Shown piece by piece: positions 8,284 through 18,694 of a DNA stretch of 58,295 nt (its first letter is position 1; each line of letters begins with the position of its first letter). Origin of the DNA: a virus. Its lineage: Duplodnaviria > Caudoviricetes. A program made the position numbers and the translations under genes. The notes beneath the pieces are model-generated. The model worked only from the letters and a program-made list of their open reading frames with translations, ran no database searches and was not told the origin of the DNA. The stretch covers positions 1 through 58,295 of IMG/VR virus record IMGVR_UViG_3300049489_000494; one strand, 5' to 3'.

Positions 8284-8416
8284 AGGTAGACGTAGGGTAT
8301 GGATATTAGGTATGGGACCTGATGGTCAGCATATGATAGGATGGCCTGATGGCACTAGTGATATAACACAATATGATGCAGATGAGCATGGATGGGAATT
8401 GATCAGTGACAATTAG
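8192..8416 (+). CDS. hypothetical protein
   Basis: GGAGG RBS at about 8178; overlaps the tail of the upstream ORF. Confidence 0.5.
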   Translation: MSRRVGNPRASTLRELWRVSNHRSLIVQQVEGRRRVWILGMGPDGQHMIGWPDGTSDITQYDADEHGWELISDN

Positions 8417-9404
8417 TAGTGTGAATAATAGAATAGATATACGTAGATTAATGGAATCTGGATTAGCTAAACAGAATGCTGAATCTAGAGCACAGGAGTC
8501 ATTGAAGTTAGGTACATTGAGAGCTGGTAGTACTGGTGTAGTTCTACCAGATGGTCAGATATCAGGTATCTGTCATCGACTCTCACTAGCTAGATATCTA
8601 GGTAATTATACAGATGCAGATTCCTCACGAGCACTCATGTTCGAGGCAGGTAGAACTAATGAGGACATATGGGCTCAGCGTCTGAGGGATGCAGGACTAG
8701 TGATTAAACAGGAGGATGAGATTCCTATTAGATGGGAGTTAGATGGTGTAGTTATAACTGGTCGCCCAGATATTGTTATCATGGATGCTAGCGATAATAA
8801 TCGCCCCCAATTAGGATTGGAACTCAAGTTAGTCAGCTCACTATGGACAGGTAGAGATGTCCTCATCAATAGGAAACCTAAGTTCGATCATCTATGTCAG
8901 GCAGCTCATTATGGAATGCAATTAGGATGTGATTACGAGCTGTGGTACACATCACGTAGTGACTATGCAGTGAGTGGATGGGCTCAGAGATCCTTCCCTA
9001 CATCTGATAATTGTCCTGATGATATTAGAGATGGAATTCAATTCAATGAATCTGGTGGGAAGGAGAATGGGAAGTGTAAGAAGTTGCTACCATTCATGGT
9101 TGGGTATCGTCTAGTGTGGGTAGGTGATGATCTAGATGTCATTGATATACAACGGGGAACTAGAGTACAGACTCCTATAACTAGAACAGCTATTGCTAAT
9201 TACTATCGATATGTGTTATCATTAATTGAGGAGAAACAGTTGGGTAATAGACCAATCAATCTAGAATTCGATGGCTCACTCAGTGACTTCAAGAAGTGTG
9301 ACTATTGTGATCTAGCTCATATATGTAATACAGCTGAGACCAACTACCAGAAATGGGTTGATCTAGTAATGGCGAGATCTAGTATTATAGGTAGTACTAA
9401 GTAA
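8406..9404 (+). CDS. PD-(D/E)XK exonuclease, Cas4-like
   Basis: GRPDIV...LELK...QAAHY motifs; N-terminal Cys plus C-terminal CDYC-x5-C (Fe-S type). Confidence 0.8.
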   Translation: MTISSVNNRIDIRRLMESGLAKQNAESRAQESLKLGTLRAGSTGVVLPDGQISGICHRLSLARYLGNYTDADSSRALMFEAGRTNEDIWAQRLRDAGLVIKQEDEIPIRWELDGVVITGRPDIVIMDASDNNRPQLGLELKLVSSLWTGRDVLINRKPKFDHLCQAAHYGMQLGCDYELWYTSRSDYAVSGWAQRSFPTSDNCPDDIRDGIQFNESGGKENGKCKKLLPFMVGYRLVWVGDDLDVIDIQRGTRVQTPITRTAIANYYRYVLSLIEEKQLGNRPINLEFDGSLSDFKKCDYCDLAHICNTAETNYQKWVDLVMARSSIIGSTK

Positions 9405-9462
9405 TTAATAGATATAGGTACGTACAATAACATAGTCCCATAGGGACAGAAGGAGCATTAGT

Positions 9463-9783
9463 ATGTCATTCAAACCGAACAATCAGTCAGGTCAGAAGTC
9501 AGGGTATCAGCGACCAGCAGTTGCAGGTAACACAGCAGTTGCAGCTAGTAATACTCAACAGTCTAATTCTAAGTCAGGTAGTAGTGTACAGCCAGCAGCT
9601 GTCCTCAAATACAGTGAGGCGACTCCAGAGGGCGCAGAGCAATCTAAGATGGTGCGTATTACTGGACTATTCAATTCTAAGTCTGGTAATGGATATACCG
9701 CTACTCTGAAGGAGGCTGTGACAATTCCAGCAGGTGCTCGTCTATTTCTATTCATCAATGACTCCGAGAACACAGCTAAGTAG
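9463..9783 (+). CDS. hypothetical protein, possible ssDNA-binding protein
   Basis: Lies between exonuclease and polymerase; ITGLFNSKSGNGYTA beta-hairpin; strong AAGGAG RBS. Confidence 0.4.
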   Translation: MSFKPNNQSGQKSGYQRPAVAGNTAVAASNTQQSNSKSGSSVQPAAVLKYSEATPEGAEQSKMVRITGLFNSKSGNGYTATLKEAVTIPAGARLFLFINDSENTAK

Positions 9784-9938
9784 TCGTCATGTAAATGTGA
9801 GGGATTAGATGTCAGATGCAGTCAGCAGTAAGTCGAAGCGATTGGGTGGATACGCAGGTTATTGGAAGCAGTTAGACATGCTCCACCTAGAATCTTCTAG
9901 GTGGAGTGATACTCAACTACTATCAGGAGTTACGGATA

Positions 9939-12158
9939 ATGAGCAGCCAAGTGATAACACACGAGGGGAATTCAGAGTACTCACTAGTAGTATCGGGGAT
10001 ATCACAACCACGGACAGAACTAATCGAGATAATAACTCAGCCAAGAAGGGGTGATATTGACCGAGTTATTACTCAGGCAGTTGCAGATGCAGCCATTGTA
10101 GCTCTAGATCTAGAGACTAATGGAACTGATGCAGTCGCTGGTGGTGTGATTGTGGGCCTTGCTCTCGCATGGGAGCAGGGCTCTTTCTATTTCAGTATTA
10201 GTAGTATGTCTACTGAGGATACACAATACCTCTACAATAGACTGAGGGAATTACCACTGATAGCACACAATGTATTCTTCGATGCATCATTCCTATATGA
10301 ACAAGTGGGATGGCTTAATTGGCAGTACTGTACATATGGTCTATATATGCATTGTGCTAATGAGGGATTCCCAGGTCAGGGATGGGGCCTCAAGAGAGCA
10401 CAAGTGGAGATGTTGGGATGGGCTGAATCTAATACAGAGATGTTGTATAAGTGGCTAGTGAACAATGGATATACAATGAGTAGTGATGAGACTAGACCTG
10501 ATCTCTCACAGATGTGGAGAGCACCCGCTGAGATACTAGGTCACTACTGTGCTCTAGATGCAGATTCTACATGGCAGTTATGGCATCACGTACTACGTCC
10601 AGTAGTTGAGAGATTCGAGGTACTCAATGAATATCATCAGCGTGATTATCTAGCTGAGGTATTAGTTCTGATAGAACAGAGGAAGCATGGTATCTATATT
10701 GATATTGATTCATTAACTACATATGCAGATGAGTTAAGGATACAGATCAATAATAATAATAATGAATTCCAGGAACTAGAGGTAGTACGTGTAATGACTA
10801 ATGATCGTATAACACGTGCGCTAGCTGAGCATGATCAGAAGCAGCCAGAGATGTATCGTGTAGTTAGATTGGGTGTAGAACCTCCTCGATTCAATAAGAA
10901 GGGGGGCGATAATAAGAATTGGATTAAGTGGTGCGAGAAGCGAGATAGACCTAGAGAGATATCGAAGTCGTACATCAATTGGGTAGATCGTAGGGAATCT
11001 ATACTGAATAATACACGTGGAGATTACACTGTGAATATCAACAGTGATCTACAATTAAGACATATATTCTATACTATATTAGGATTCCCAGTTAATCAAT
11101 ATACAGAATCCGGTCTACCATCTGTAGATGATCAGGCTCTCAGAGGACTAGGTGAGGTAGGTGCGCTCATAGCTAGGAATCGTGAGGTAGTTAAGGAGTT
11201 GAGTTACGTGGATTCCTACATAGAATTAGCTAGGGATAGTATATTGAGACCATCATTCCGAGTACCAGGAACTCTAACAGGCAGACTCAGTGGTAGAGAC
11301 CCTAATATACAACAGATACCTAAGTCGGCTAGAGTAATGGACACATTCCGAGCTAGAGATGGAATGGTATATGTAGATTGTGATCATACATCTATAGAGA
11401 ATGTAGTGCTTGCGGAATTATCTAGAGATACTACACTACTTAACTTGTATGGTCCTCATGCTAATCCAAATCATGATGCATATCTATATGTAGGAGCACA
11501 TCTACCTGTGATTGGTGATGCTATTAGGAGAGCTGGATATGATCCAGAGAATCCTACTCCAGATGGTAGAGATAGAGCGAAGCGTGATGCACGCAAGGAA
11601 AGAGGGATTGCTAAGGTGGTAGTATTAGCATCTAGCTACGGAGCTGGTCCTGGGAAGATTCATAGTACATTGACATCCTCTGGTGTAGATGTTACAATTA
11701 ATCAGGTTAGAACAATACATCGTGAATACTGGCAATTATTCTCAGGCATACGTAAATTCGAGGAGGTACTAATGGAGGAGTGGCGTGTTAATTCGGCAGC
11801 TAGTGGCAGCTCTAATGGATGGGTACTCAATGGTATTGGCAGACCAATATGTGTAGCTGAGTATCTAATGAAGGATATAGTGAATCGTGTAGTGCAGAGT
11901 ACAGCACATGATATACATATGATGTATATACGTATATTAGATTCGATATTCTCTAGTAGAGGATTGGATGTTAAGTGGATAATTGCCGACTTCCATGATC
12001 AGTCTATTGTAGAGTGTAGTCCTAATATTGCGAATGAGGTAGGTATGATAATGGGAGTAGAGGCATATGAGATACTCAATGCAGAACTAGGAGCATATAT
12101 ACCAATCCGAGGTGAGGCTCAGGTGGTAACTAATCTAACACAAGCGAAACTGGGATGA
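9939..12158 (+). CDS. polA: family A DNA polymerase with 3'-5' exonuclease domain
   Basis: Exo motifs DLET, HNVFFD, YCALD; TGRLSGRDPNIQQIP; motif A DHTSIE; motif B RGIAKVVVLASSYG; motif C FHDQ. Confidence 0.93.
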   Translation: MSSQVITHEGNSEYSLVVSGISQPRTELIEIITQPRRGDIDRVITQAVADAAIVALDLETNGTDAVAGGVIVGLALAWEQGSFYFSISSMSTEDTQYLYNRLRELPLIAHNVFFDASFLYEQVGWLNWQYCTYGLYMHCANEGFPGQGWGLKRAQVEMLGWAESNTEMLYKWLVNNGYTMSSDETRPDLSQMWRAPAEILGHYCALDADSTWQLWHHVLRPVVERFEVLNEYHQRDYLAEVLVLIEQRKHGIYIDIDSLTTYADELRIQINNNNNEFQELEVVRVMTNDRITRALAEHDQKQPEMYRVVRLGVEPPRFNKKGGDNKNWIKWCEKRDRPREISKSYINWVDRRESILNNTRGDYTVNINSDLQLRHIFYTILGFPVNQYTESGLPSVDDQALRGLGEVGALIARNREVVKELSYVDSYIELARDSILRPSFRVPGTLTGRLSGRDPNIQQIPKSARVMDTFRARDGMVYVDCDHTSIENVVLAELSRDTTLLNLYGPHANPNHDAYLYVGAHLPVIGDAIRRAGYDPENPTPDGRDRAKRDARKERGIAKVVVLASSYGAGPGKIHSTLTSSGVDVTINQVRTIHREYWQLFSGIRKFEEVLMEEWRVNSAASGSSNGWVLNGIGRPICVAEYLMKDIVNRVVQSTAHDIHMMYIRILDSIFSSRGLDVKWIIADFHDQSIVECSPNIANEVGMIMGVEAYEILNAELGAYIPIRGEAQVVTNLTQAKLG

Positions 12159-12161
12159 ACT

Positions 12162-12335
12162 ATGTATGGGAGATATATGATGCATACTATATATGATCGA
12201 TTATACTACACAATGTGGGATGGATATAGTGGTGCCACACCAATACCAGCAGCTGTATTCGATAGCAGACTGCAGGAGATTTATATACTCCGATTGATAC
12301 TTAATCTAATTGCAGAGGAGGTACATAATGCATAG
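12162..12335 (+). CDS. small hypothetical protein (57 aa)
   Basis: Open frame read manually in the gap between polymerase and resolvase. Confidence 0.4.
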   Translation: MYGRYMMHTIYDRLYYTMWDGYSGATPIPAAVFDSRLQEIYILRLILNLIAEEVHNA

Positions 12336-12451
12336 TGTGTATTCTAACTTAGATATTACTATTGATATGACTAATATTAGATATAAATTACGTAACACAA
12401 TTAGAATGGGACATATAGATTCAATAATTATTATAAAGGATAACATAATGA

Positions 12452-13081
12452 ATGAGGTATGTAGCAATGAGTGAACCACAATACTGGAATGCAGTTAGAC
12501 GATTCAGGAATGTATTACTGGAGGGTAGAGTGGTGGCAATAGATCCTAGTTGTGGTAGTAATAGTTCCATGCCTGGATATGCAATCTACAATGCAGGTAT
12601 ATTAATAGGTAGTGGAGTAATACAAATACCCCTAGCTAGGGAACTACATACCAAGTTACAATGGTTAGCTAATTATCTCAGAACTGATCCTAAATTCCAG
12701 GGTATTGAGCTACTACTCATAGAGGCAATACCTGTAACTAGACATGGTAGAGGAGCTAATCAACTCTCACACTCATCCCTCATCAAGGCAGTGGGTGCTA
12801 TCATTAGTAGTATCAATTGCCCATACATAATGTACGTACCTATACAGACATGGAAGGCTTATGCCAATACAGTGGAATCATACAGTAAGGGTGATGAAGC
12901 AGATGCTCGGATGATTGGAGCTAGTATTATACAATTAGCTACAACCATACCAGGAGATGGGGGTGTTAATTATTACAGTAGTATGGAGATGTCATCGAGT
13001 GACGATGATAGTAGGGCTACTGGTAATCGCAGTAATAGAAGGAAATCTAAGAATACTAAACGATCTAAGCGGAGGAGATAA
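12452..13081 (+). CDS. ruvC: RuvC-like Holliday junction resolvase with basic C-terminal tail
   Basis: VVAIDP...GYAI, LLIE and DEADA acidic catalytic motifs. Confidence 0.8.
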   Translation: MRYVAMSEPQYWNAVRRFRNVLLEGRVVAIDPSCGSNSSMPGYAIYNAGILIGSGVIQIPLARELHTKLQWLANYLRTDPKFQGIELLLIEAIPVTRHGRGANQLSHSSLIKAVGAIISSINCPYIMYVPIQTWKAYANTVESYSKGDEADARMIGASIIQLATTIPGDGGVNYYSSMEMSSSDDDSRATGNRSNRRKSKNTKRSKRRR

Positions 13082-13085
13082 TATT

Positions 13086-13274
13086 ATGTATGAGGATCTA
13101 CTAGATACATGTGAGAGAATACTAGGACACTTCGATAGTGAGGATGGAGAATATCCATCACTACAGACATATGTAGATGGTGAGCCTGTGTGGGGTGTAG
13201 TAGATGGGGAAGTAGCACGTGATCTACTAGAGATGTATGAGTTAGTGAAGCAGCTCAGAGAGAGTGAGGATTAG
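13086..13274 (+). CDS. small acidic hypothetical protein (MYEDLLD...)
   Basis: GGAGGAG RBS; 3' part of ORF-track frame 12957-13274. Confidence 0.55.
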   Translation: MYEDLLDTCERILGHFDSEDGEYPSLQTYVDGEPVWGVVDGEVARDLLEMYELVKQLRESED

Positions 13275-13416
13275 TATATGCTACTAACAGTAGAGACTAT
13301 ACTAGTATCCATAGCTGTAATTATATTCGTAGTCATATTCATTGCAGAGATATTCCAGTGATGAATATCATATTAGAATTAATTGAGTAATACTGTATAC
13401 AGAATCACCACCGGAG

Positions 13417-14931
13417 ATGTATATGTCAGGGACATTAATTAATGACAGCTCATCTATATTAGCGTCATTCCCATATCCACAGGCTAGGGAAGTACAATCT
13501 GAGTTGCTACAGGCAATTGAGAGAGATTGGAATTCAACAGATGTATTCGTAGTAGTGGCTCCAACAGCATCGGGTAAAACGGCAATATCTAGAACAATAG
13601 GTAAGTGGGCAGGTGACTACTCCATCATAACTCCTACCAATCTCCTAGTGAATCAGTACCTAGATGAGTTCCCAGATGAGGCTACCATACATAAGCAATC
13701 GTCATATCGATGTACTACATTCAGAGATCCACAGCAATCATGTGATGTCACTAAGAAGAAGACTGGAACTAGATGTCATGGTTGCCCGTATACTAGGGAT
13801 ATGATGAAGACTAAGTGGCGTGGAGGTGGTATATATAATTATCACACCTATCTAGCACATCGTATATATAGAGAGACCCTAATAATAGATGAGGCACATA
13901 ACATCCTCCCGCTGATACAGGATCGTGAGGGATTACTCCTATGGCAGCATGAATATAAGTGGGACGCACATACAATCAGAACATATGGAGATATACGTAA
14001 TTGGTTGAATTCACTACCTGAGTATACAATCAATGCAGATACTAAGTTACGGAAGTTGAGGGAAGATGTTAATTCAGATGCACCTAGATATGTAATCGAG
14101 AGAACTGAGATGTTGTGGAGTCAGGTTAAGTGGGCTAAGGGGGAGAGGCCAGAGGATAGACCAGTACTCAGAGTTAGACCTATAGATGTTAGAGATGCTA
14201 AGCCCGTAGTATGGCCATCTAGAGTGAAGAAATTGATACTCATGTCAGCTACTATATCTCCTGTGGATATTGAGGCTCTAGGATTATCTCGTCGTCGTGT
14301 TAGATACTACGAGTGTAGATCCCCAATCGCCCCCGCCAATAGACCGATCGTGTTCAATCCAATTACATCAGTTAATCGTAGTAGTATGACCACTGCCATA
14401 CCTAGATTAATGGATGATATAATCAACGGTATAATGCCCAACTACATAGGTGAGTCTGGAGTAATACATTGTACATACCAGATGTCTGCTCTCATTAATG
14501 ATGAGCTGAATAATAATCATCGATACGAATCTGTTAGAGGGTTATTCATGTTCCACGATCGAACTAATGCGAAGAGGATATATGATGCATGGCGTATGCC
14601 CCACAACCGAGGACGTGTACTAGTAGCGTGTGGTATGTATGAGGGATTGGATATAGTACAAGATCTAGGTAGGTGGCAGGTCATTGCTAAGGTGCCGTGG
14701 CCATCACTAGCAGATCCAGTAGTTAAACATCGTGCAGATAGGAATCAGGATTGGTATGCATGGGAGACACTGAAGCGACTCATACAGGCGTGTGGTCGTA
14801 TCTGCAGAACACCTACTGATTGGGGTGTTACATATATACTTGACTCATCATTCTATAGAGTGTACAATAACAATAGGAACCTAATACCACAGTGGTGGAT
14901 TGAAGCATTGGAGGTAATGCATGGCGAGTAG
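13417..14931 (+). CDS. DinG/XPD(Rad3)-like SF2 helicase
   Basis: Q-motif REVQ, APTASGKT, DEAH, SAT, EGLD...IAKVPWP, QACGRICR...DSSF; four Cys ending in CHGCPY. Confidence 0.88.
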   Translation: MYMSGTLINDSSSILASFPYPQAREVQSELLQAIERDWNSTDVFVVVAPTASGKTAISRTIGKWAGDYSIITPTNLLVNQYLDEFPDEATIHKQSSYRCTTFRDPQQSCDVTKKKTGTRCHGCPYTRDMMKTKWRGGGIYNYHTYLAHRIYRETLIIDEAHNILPLIQDREGLLLWQHEYKWDAHTIRTYGDIRNWLNSLPEYTINADTKLRKLREDVNSDAPRYVIERTEMLWSQVKWAKGERPEDRPVLRVRPIDVRDAKPVVWPSRVKKLILMSATISPVDIEALGLSRRRVRYYECRSPIAPANRPIVFNPITSVNRSSMTTAIPRLMDDIINGIMPNYIGESGVIHCTYQMSALINDELNNNHRYESVRGLFMFHDRTNAKRIYDAWRMPHNRGRVLVACGMYEGLDIVQDLGRWQVIAKVPWPSLADPVVKHRADRNQDWYAWETLKRLIQACGRICRTPTDWGVTYILDSSFYRVYNNNRNLIPQWWIEALEVMHGE

Positions 14932-15853
14932 TAGAAGTAGTACTAGAAGTAGAGGGAAATTATCGAAGTCAGGTAGAGGGAAGTCATCGAAGAAGGGTAA
15001 GAGTAGTAGTAAGAAGAGTAGCAAGTCAGAGTACTATGAATTAGTGAAGTCATATGATATTAATGATGAGGTGCGTAGAGCTCTAATCATACCAGACTGT
15101 CATATTCCATATCATGATAATACAGCATACTCATTAATGTTGAGGGTAGCTGAGATGGCAGCAGTCAGTGAGATAGTAATACTAGGTGACTACGCAGACT
15201 TCTATTCAGTCAGTAGTCATGCTAAGGATCCTAACTTCAGTAATGCGCTCAGTGATGAACTAGATCATGTCAATGCATATCTAGATGAATTAGATGAGAG
15301 ATTCCCGGCAGCATCGAAAGTGTATATAGAAGGTAATCATGAGCATCGTCTACAGAGATTCATCAACAGCCGTGCTCCTGAGCTCAATGGATTAACTCGT
15401 GTCGAGTCACTCCTGAGATTAGACACTAGAGAGAATTGGGAGTTCAGGCCATATGAACCTAGTCAGCTATACTCAGTACTAGGATCTAAGCTATTCGCTA
15501 GACATGAACCATATGCAGGATCAACTCATGCAGCACACTGCTCTGTAGTTAAGGCAGGGTGTTCTATAATATTCGGACATGTACATAGAATACAGGAATC
15601 ACAGATTGTATATGCTAGTGGAGAGAATCATAGAGGTATATCATGTGGTTGGTTGGGAGATGTAGAGTCCTCAGTATTCGATTACGTACCCAGTCTACAT
15701 CAGTGGGCTCATGGATTCTCTATAGTGGATGTATTACCAGATGGTACATTCTTCAATAATATGATACATATCATAGATGGGAAGTGTTCATACGGTGGTG
15801 TAATCATAGATATGGATGATGATGTCACTGACTATATACTACTGGACTCGTGA
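14921..15853 (+). CDS. calcineurin-like metallophosphoesterase with Ser/Lys-rich N-terminal tail
   Basis: DCH, GDYAD, GNHE, GHVH motifs. Confidence 0.9.
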   Translation: MASSRSSTRSRGKLSKSGRGKSSKKGKSSSKKSSKSEYYELVKSYDINDEVRRALIIPDCHIPYHDNTAYSLMLRVAEMAAVSEIVILGDYADFYSVSSHAKDPNFSNALSDELDHVNAYLDELDERFPAASKVYIEGNHEHRLQRFINSRAPELNGLTRVESLLRLDTRENWEFRPYEPSQLYSVLGSKLFARHEPYAGSTHAAHCSVVKAGCSIIFGHVHRIQESQIVYASGENHRGISCGWLGDVESSVFDYVPSLHQWAHGFSIVDVLPDGTFFNNMIHIIDGKCSYGGVIIDMDDDVTDYILLDS

Positions 15854-15903
15854 TTCATAGTGAACATTAACTAATAATACCATGTGGTATATTGGAGATT
15901 AGT

Positions 15904-16236
15904 ATGGGATTATTCAGTGTTACATTACTATGTAGTATACCAGAGTGTAGTGCTCGGTGGGATGATCTCATCGAGCGAGATACTCGTGATGACACTCACA
16001 TCTGTGTGGAGTGTGGTGAGATGAGTGCCCGTAGAACTTGGTCTATTCCTAATATAGTAGGTAGGGAATCATATATAGATGGAGGTAGACGTAATGATTC
16101 CACCTACCAACGAGTGAAGGATGCTGCTAAGTTGGAATCCCAGATGTATAATCTACCACCAGATAAGAGGGGTGATCATGCTAATGAGATTAAGAAGTTA
16201 ATAGGTACTACTAGTAATAAGAAGGGAGATAAGTAA
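15904..16236 (+). CDS. FmdB-like zinc-ribbon protein
   Basis: C-x4-C...CVECG pattern; GGAG RBS before ATG 15904. Confidence 0.55.
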   Translation: MGLFSVTLLCSIPECSARWDDLIERDTRDDTHICVECGEMSARRTWSIPNIVGRESYIDGGRRNDSTYQRVKDAAKLESQMYNLPPDKRGDHANEIKKLIGTTSNKKGDK

Positions 16237-16595
16237 TGGGAGCTGATGGACATATTAGACTAATGGATCTAGATAAGTTAGTGAGAGATACTAATATGAG
16301 TGATGATAATCTATCTAAGTTCATAGAGATAATTAGAGATTCTATGTGTTATTTACAGAAGTTAGAGACTAGGAGAATAATAACTAATTACTGGGGTGAT
16401 AACATCTACAGCAATAGCCTTCTATATAACCTAGCCTATTATGGATATAATAAGGGTAACTGGGAGGATACATTCTACTATGATATAAGAATGAGTGAGA
16501 TAGAGAAGTGTGGGATAGATAGTCGAGTGATATTAGATTGGACTGATTATCTATGGAATAGTTGCTATATAACTGAATGGGAGGTATGGACATGA
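16236..16595 (+). CDS. hypothetical protein
   Basis: TAATG-coupled ORF. Confidence 0.65.
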   Translation: MGADGHIRLMDLDKLVRDTNMSDDNLSKFIEIIRDSMCYLQKLETRRIITNYWGDNIYSNSLLYNLAYYGYNKGNWEDTFYYDIRMSEIEKCGIDSRVILDWTDYLWNSCYITEWEVWT

Positions 16596-17029
16596 TATAT
16601 GCTGTAATAATACTATTCATATGTGTAGTGATTCTATTCATTAATATATATAGATTGTGTGTTAATATGTATTGTGCTAATGAGAATATCAAGGAATTGA
16701 GAGATAGAGTAGATTGGTTATCTAACATGGAGGAGATACAGAAATTGGTAGATGAGATGAATGAATTATCCACCTACCCTAAGTACTATGCTATACCTAA
16801 TTCATCCTCCATACATGAGCGTTATGGTGAGAGTATGTCATTAGATAAGGCACGTAGTCATCGCGATACACTCAAGGCAATTAAATATGATGAAATGAAA
16901 AATCATAAGTGTCCTGATATATCTACTATAGGATTACCAGTTAATCCTGGTGCTACTACTAAGATAGGTAGGTGTACGGTGAAGAATAATAGTGATAAGA
17001 CAGTATATATAGGGGAGGCTAATAAATGA
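16577..17029 (+). CDS. membrane-anchored hypothetical protein
   Basis: N-terminal TM helix followed by a coiled coil. Confidence 0.6.
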   Translation: MGGMDMIYAVIILFICVVILFINIYRLCVNMYCANENIKELRDRVDWLSNMEEIQKLVDEMNELSTYPKYYAIPNSSSIHERYGESMSLDKARSHRDTLKAIKYDEMKNHKCPDISTIGLPVNPGATTKIGRCTVKNNSDKTVYIGEANK

Positions 17030-17352
17030 TACAACTAAGTACAATTGGATGGGCACTGATAGGAATCACATGGATTATAGGCTTCGTAGCTATATTAGGG
17101 TGCATGTATCTATATAAGCAGGTGAGACTACACTCATTCATAGGTGCTACCATAATGTGTCATCTACATAAGAGGAATAGATCATATACTCAATTAGTGA
17201 CGCTATTAGAGAATCTATACGGAGTCCCTGTTGATGAGGTAATGCGCAGTCTAGGTGAGACACCTGCTAACCCTAGCAGTGATCTCAATGTAAAAGAGAT
17301 GCGATATCCAGATGATCATAATTCTAACGGAGGATCTAATAATGCAACTTAG
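17026..17352 (+). CDS. membrane-anchored hypothetical protein
   Basis: N-terminal TM helix; GGAGG RBS. Confidence 0.65.
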   Translation: MIQLSTIGWALIGITWIIGFVAILGCMYLYKQVRLHSFIGATIMCHLHKRNRSYTQLVTLLENLYGVPVDEVMRSLGETPANPSSDLNVKEMRYPDDHNSNGGSNNAT

Positions 17353-17650
17353 ACTACGTAATTATTATAGAATGAGGAATAGACCCGATGTATCTTGGGT
17401 ATATATAGATAGTGTCAATCCTGAGATTGTAGACTGGCAGTGTGGTGGTATATATCTACAAGGAGTAGGAGATGCATATGAATTACATAGAGGAACATGG
17501 TGCATGGATGGTCGTTACCAATTAAGTAGAGGTAGTGAATCACCTATGGATCTAACAGTAGAGCTAGGAGATAGAGTGCCTACATGGGGTGATCATATCA
17601 CATTAATTGAGGATATTGTGGATAGGGAGGATGTACCATGGTATATCTAA
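17342..17650 (+). CDS. hypothetical protein
   Basis: GGAGG RBS before ATG 17342 (MQLRLRNYY). Confidence 0.6.
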   Translation: MQLRLRNYYRMRNRPDVSWVYIDSVNPEIVDWQCGGIYLQGVGDAYELHRGTWCMDGRYQLSRGSESPMDLTVELGDRVPTWGDHITLIEDIVDREDVPWYI

Positions 17651-18186
17651 TAACATCAATGATAGTAATACTAGGAGCATGCAACATACCACATAGTGGA
17701 ATAATAGATGGAGGTAGTGAGGATGGATCTAACGGAGAGATTGGTACTGGGAGCAATACTCCTAGTGATCAATGTACTGCTAACCATAATAGTAATACGC
17801 CTGTTATTGCTACTCATACGATAATCAATGTAGTGATCGATGGTCAATTGAGGACTTGCACTCCTACTACTAGTATGTTATCATTGTTAGGAGACAATGG
17901 ACGTGGTGATCCACATGATGATCATAGTGATGATGGAGAGGAGGATGGAGAGAGCGATGGAGATTCTAATAATGATAGTGAGGGGGGCGATTCTACTACT
18001 GACAATAGTAACAATGTCTATAATAATAATTCCAATAATGGGAGCAATAGCAGTTCATCTAATGCATCGTCTAGCTCTGGATCGGGAGCGAGCTCTACGT
18101 CAGAATCAGGATCCACAGCAGAGCAGCAACAATCAACAGTCATAACTAATAATAACTCAATGGAGGTAATATACACATGCGATTGA
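17638..18186 (+). CDS. putative lipoprotein with Asp/Asn/Ser low-complexity region
   Basis: Hydrophobic leader ending in an LGAC lipobox. Confidence 0.6.
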   Translation: MVYLITSMIVILGACNIPHSGIIDGGSEDGSNGEIGTGSNTPSDQCTANHNSNTPVIATHTIINVVIDGQLRTCTPTTSMLSLLGDNGRGDPHDDHSDDGEEDGESDGDSNNDSEGGDSTTDNSNNVYNNNSNNGSNSSSSNASSSSGSGASSTSESGSTAEQQQSTVITNNNSMEVIYTCD

Positions 18187-18452
18187 TTATTACAATAGTA
18201 ACAACTACAATACTGATGACGACCACTAGTTGCCTACATAATCACTACATAACAGCAGGTGGTGGCTATATGCCTACTGAGATTGAGACTACTAAGTTAG
18301 AGGATGAGGTAACTGTGGATGTACACTCACAGGTAATACCAGTATACTATCTGGGATTCACCACAATCAATAATCGTAGAGGTCTACTACTAGAGACTAA
18401 GGTGATGAGTAATGGTGGCGGTACTGTAGGATTAGGAATTAGACTGGATTGA
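18177..18452 (+). CDS. putative exported beta-strand protein or lipoprotein
   Basis: Leader ending TTSC; amphipathic strands; terminal VGLGIRLD. Confidence 0.5.
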   Translation: MRLIITIVTTTILMTTTSCLHNHYITAGGGYMPTEIETTKLEDEVTVDVHSQVIPVYYLGFTTINNRRGLLLETKVMSNGGGTVGLGIRLD

Positions 18453-18457
18453 GGTGA

Positions 18458-18694
18458 GTGAGTATGCCTATGTACGTATGGCATTGTGACCAGTGCAGTA
18501 AATTAACTGAGATATTCAATTCAATACATGAATCTGATAGTAAACCAGAGAGGTGTAGTAATGATGATTGCCCTAGTAATTCTAGTACTATTAGTAGTAC
18601 TACTAGTGAGTCTACCGGAGTAGTTAGTGCTATCCAGATTAAGTGGACTAAGCAGCTACAACCACAGATTAACAGATGGAGGTATTGTGACTGA
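18458..18694 (+). CDS. FmdB-like zinc-ribbon protein
   Basis: MPMYVWHCDQC...RCSNDDC. Confidence 0.6.
   Translation: MSMPMYVWHCDQCSKLTEIFNSIHESDSKPERCSNDDCPSNSSTISSTTSESTGVVSAIQIKWTKQLQPQINRWRYCD

Noticed and set aside
9809-10054. ORF 9809-10054 overlapping the polymerase start
   Set aside because: About half overlaps polA in another frame and it has no motif; it could be real but I cannot support it
9939-12158. 2-aminoadenine (Z) genome with a DpoZ polymerase
   Set aside because: No PurZ (adenylosuccinate synthetase-like) or DatZ (HD) gene was recognised
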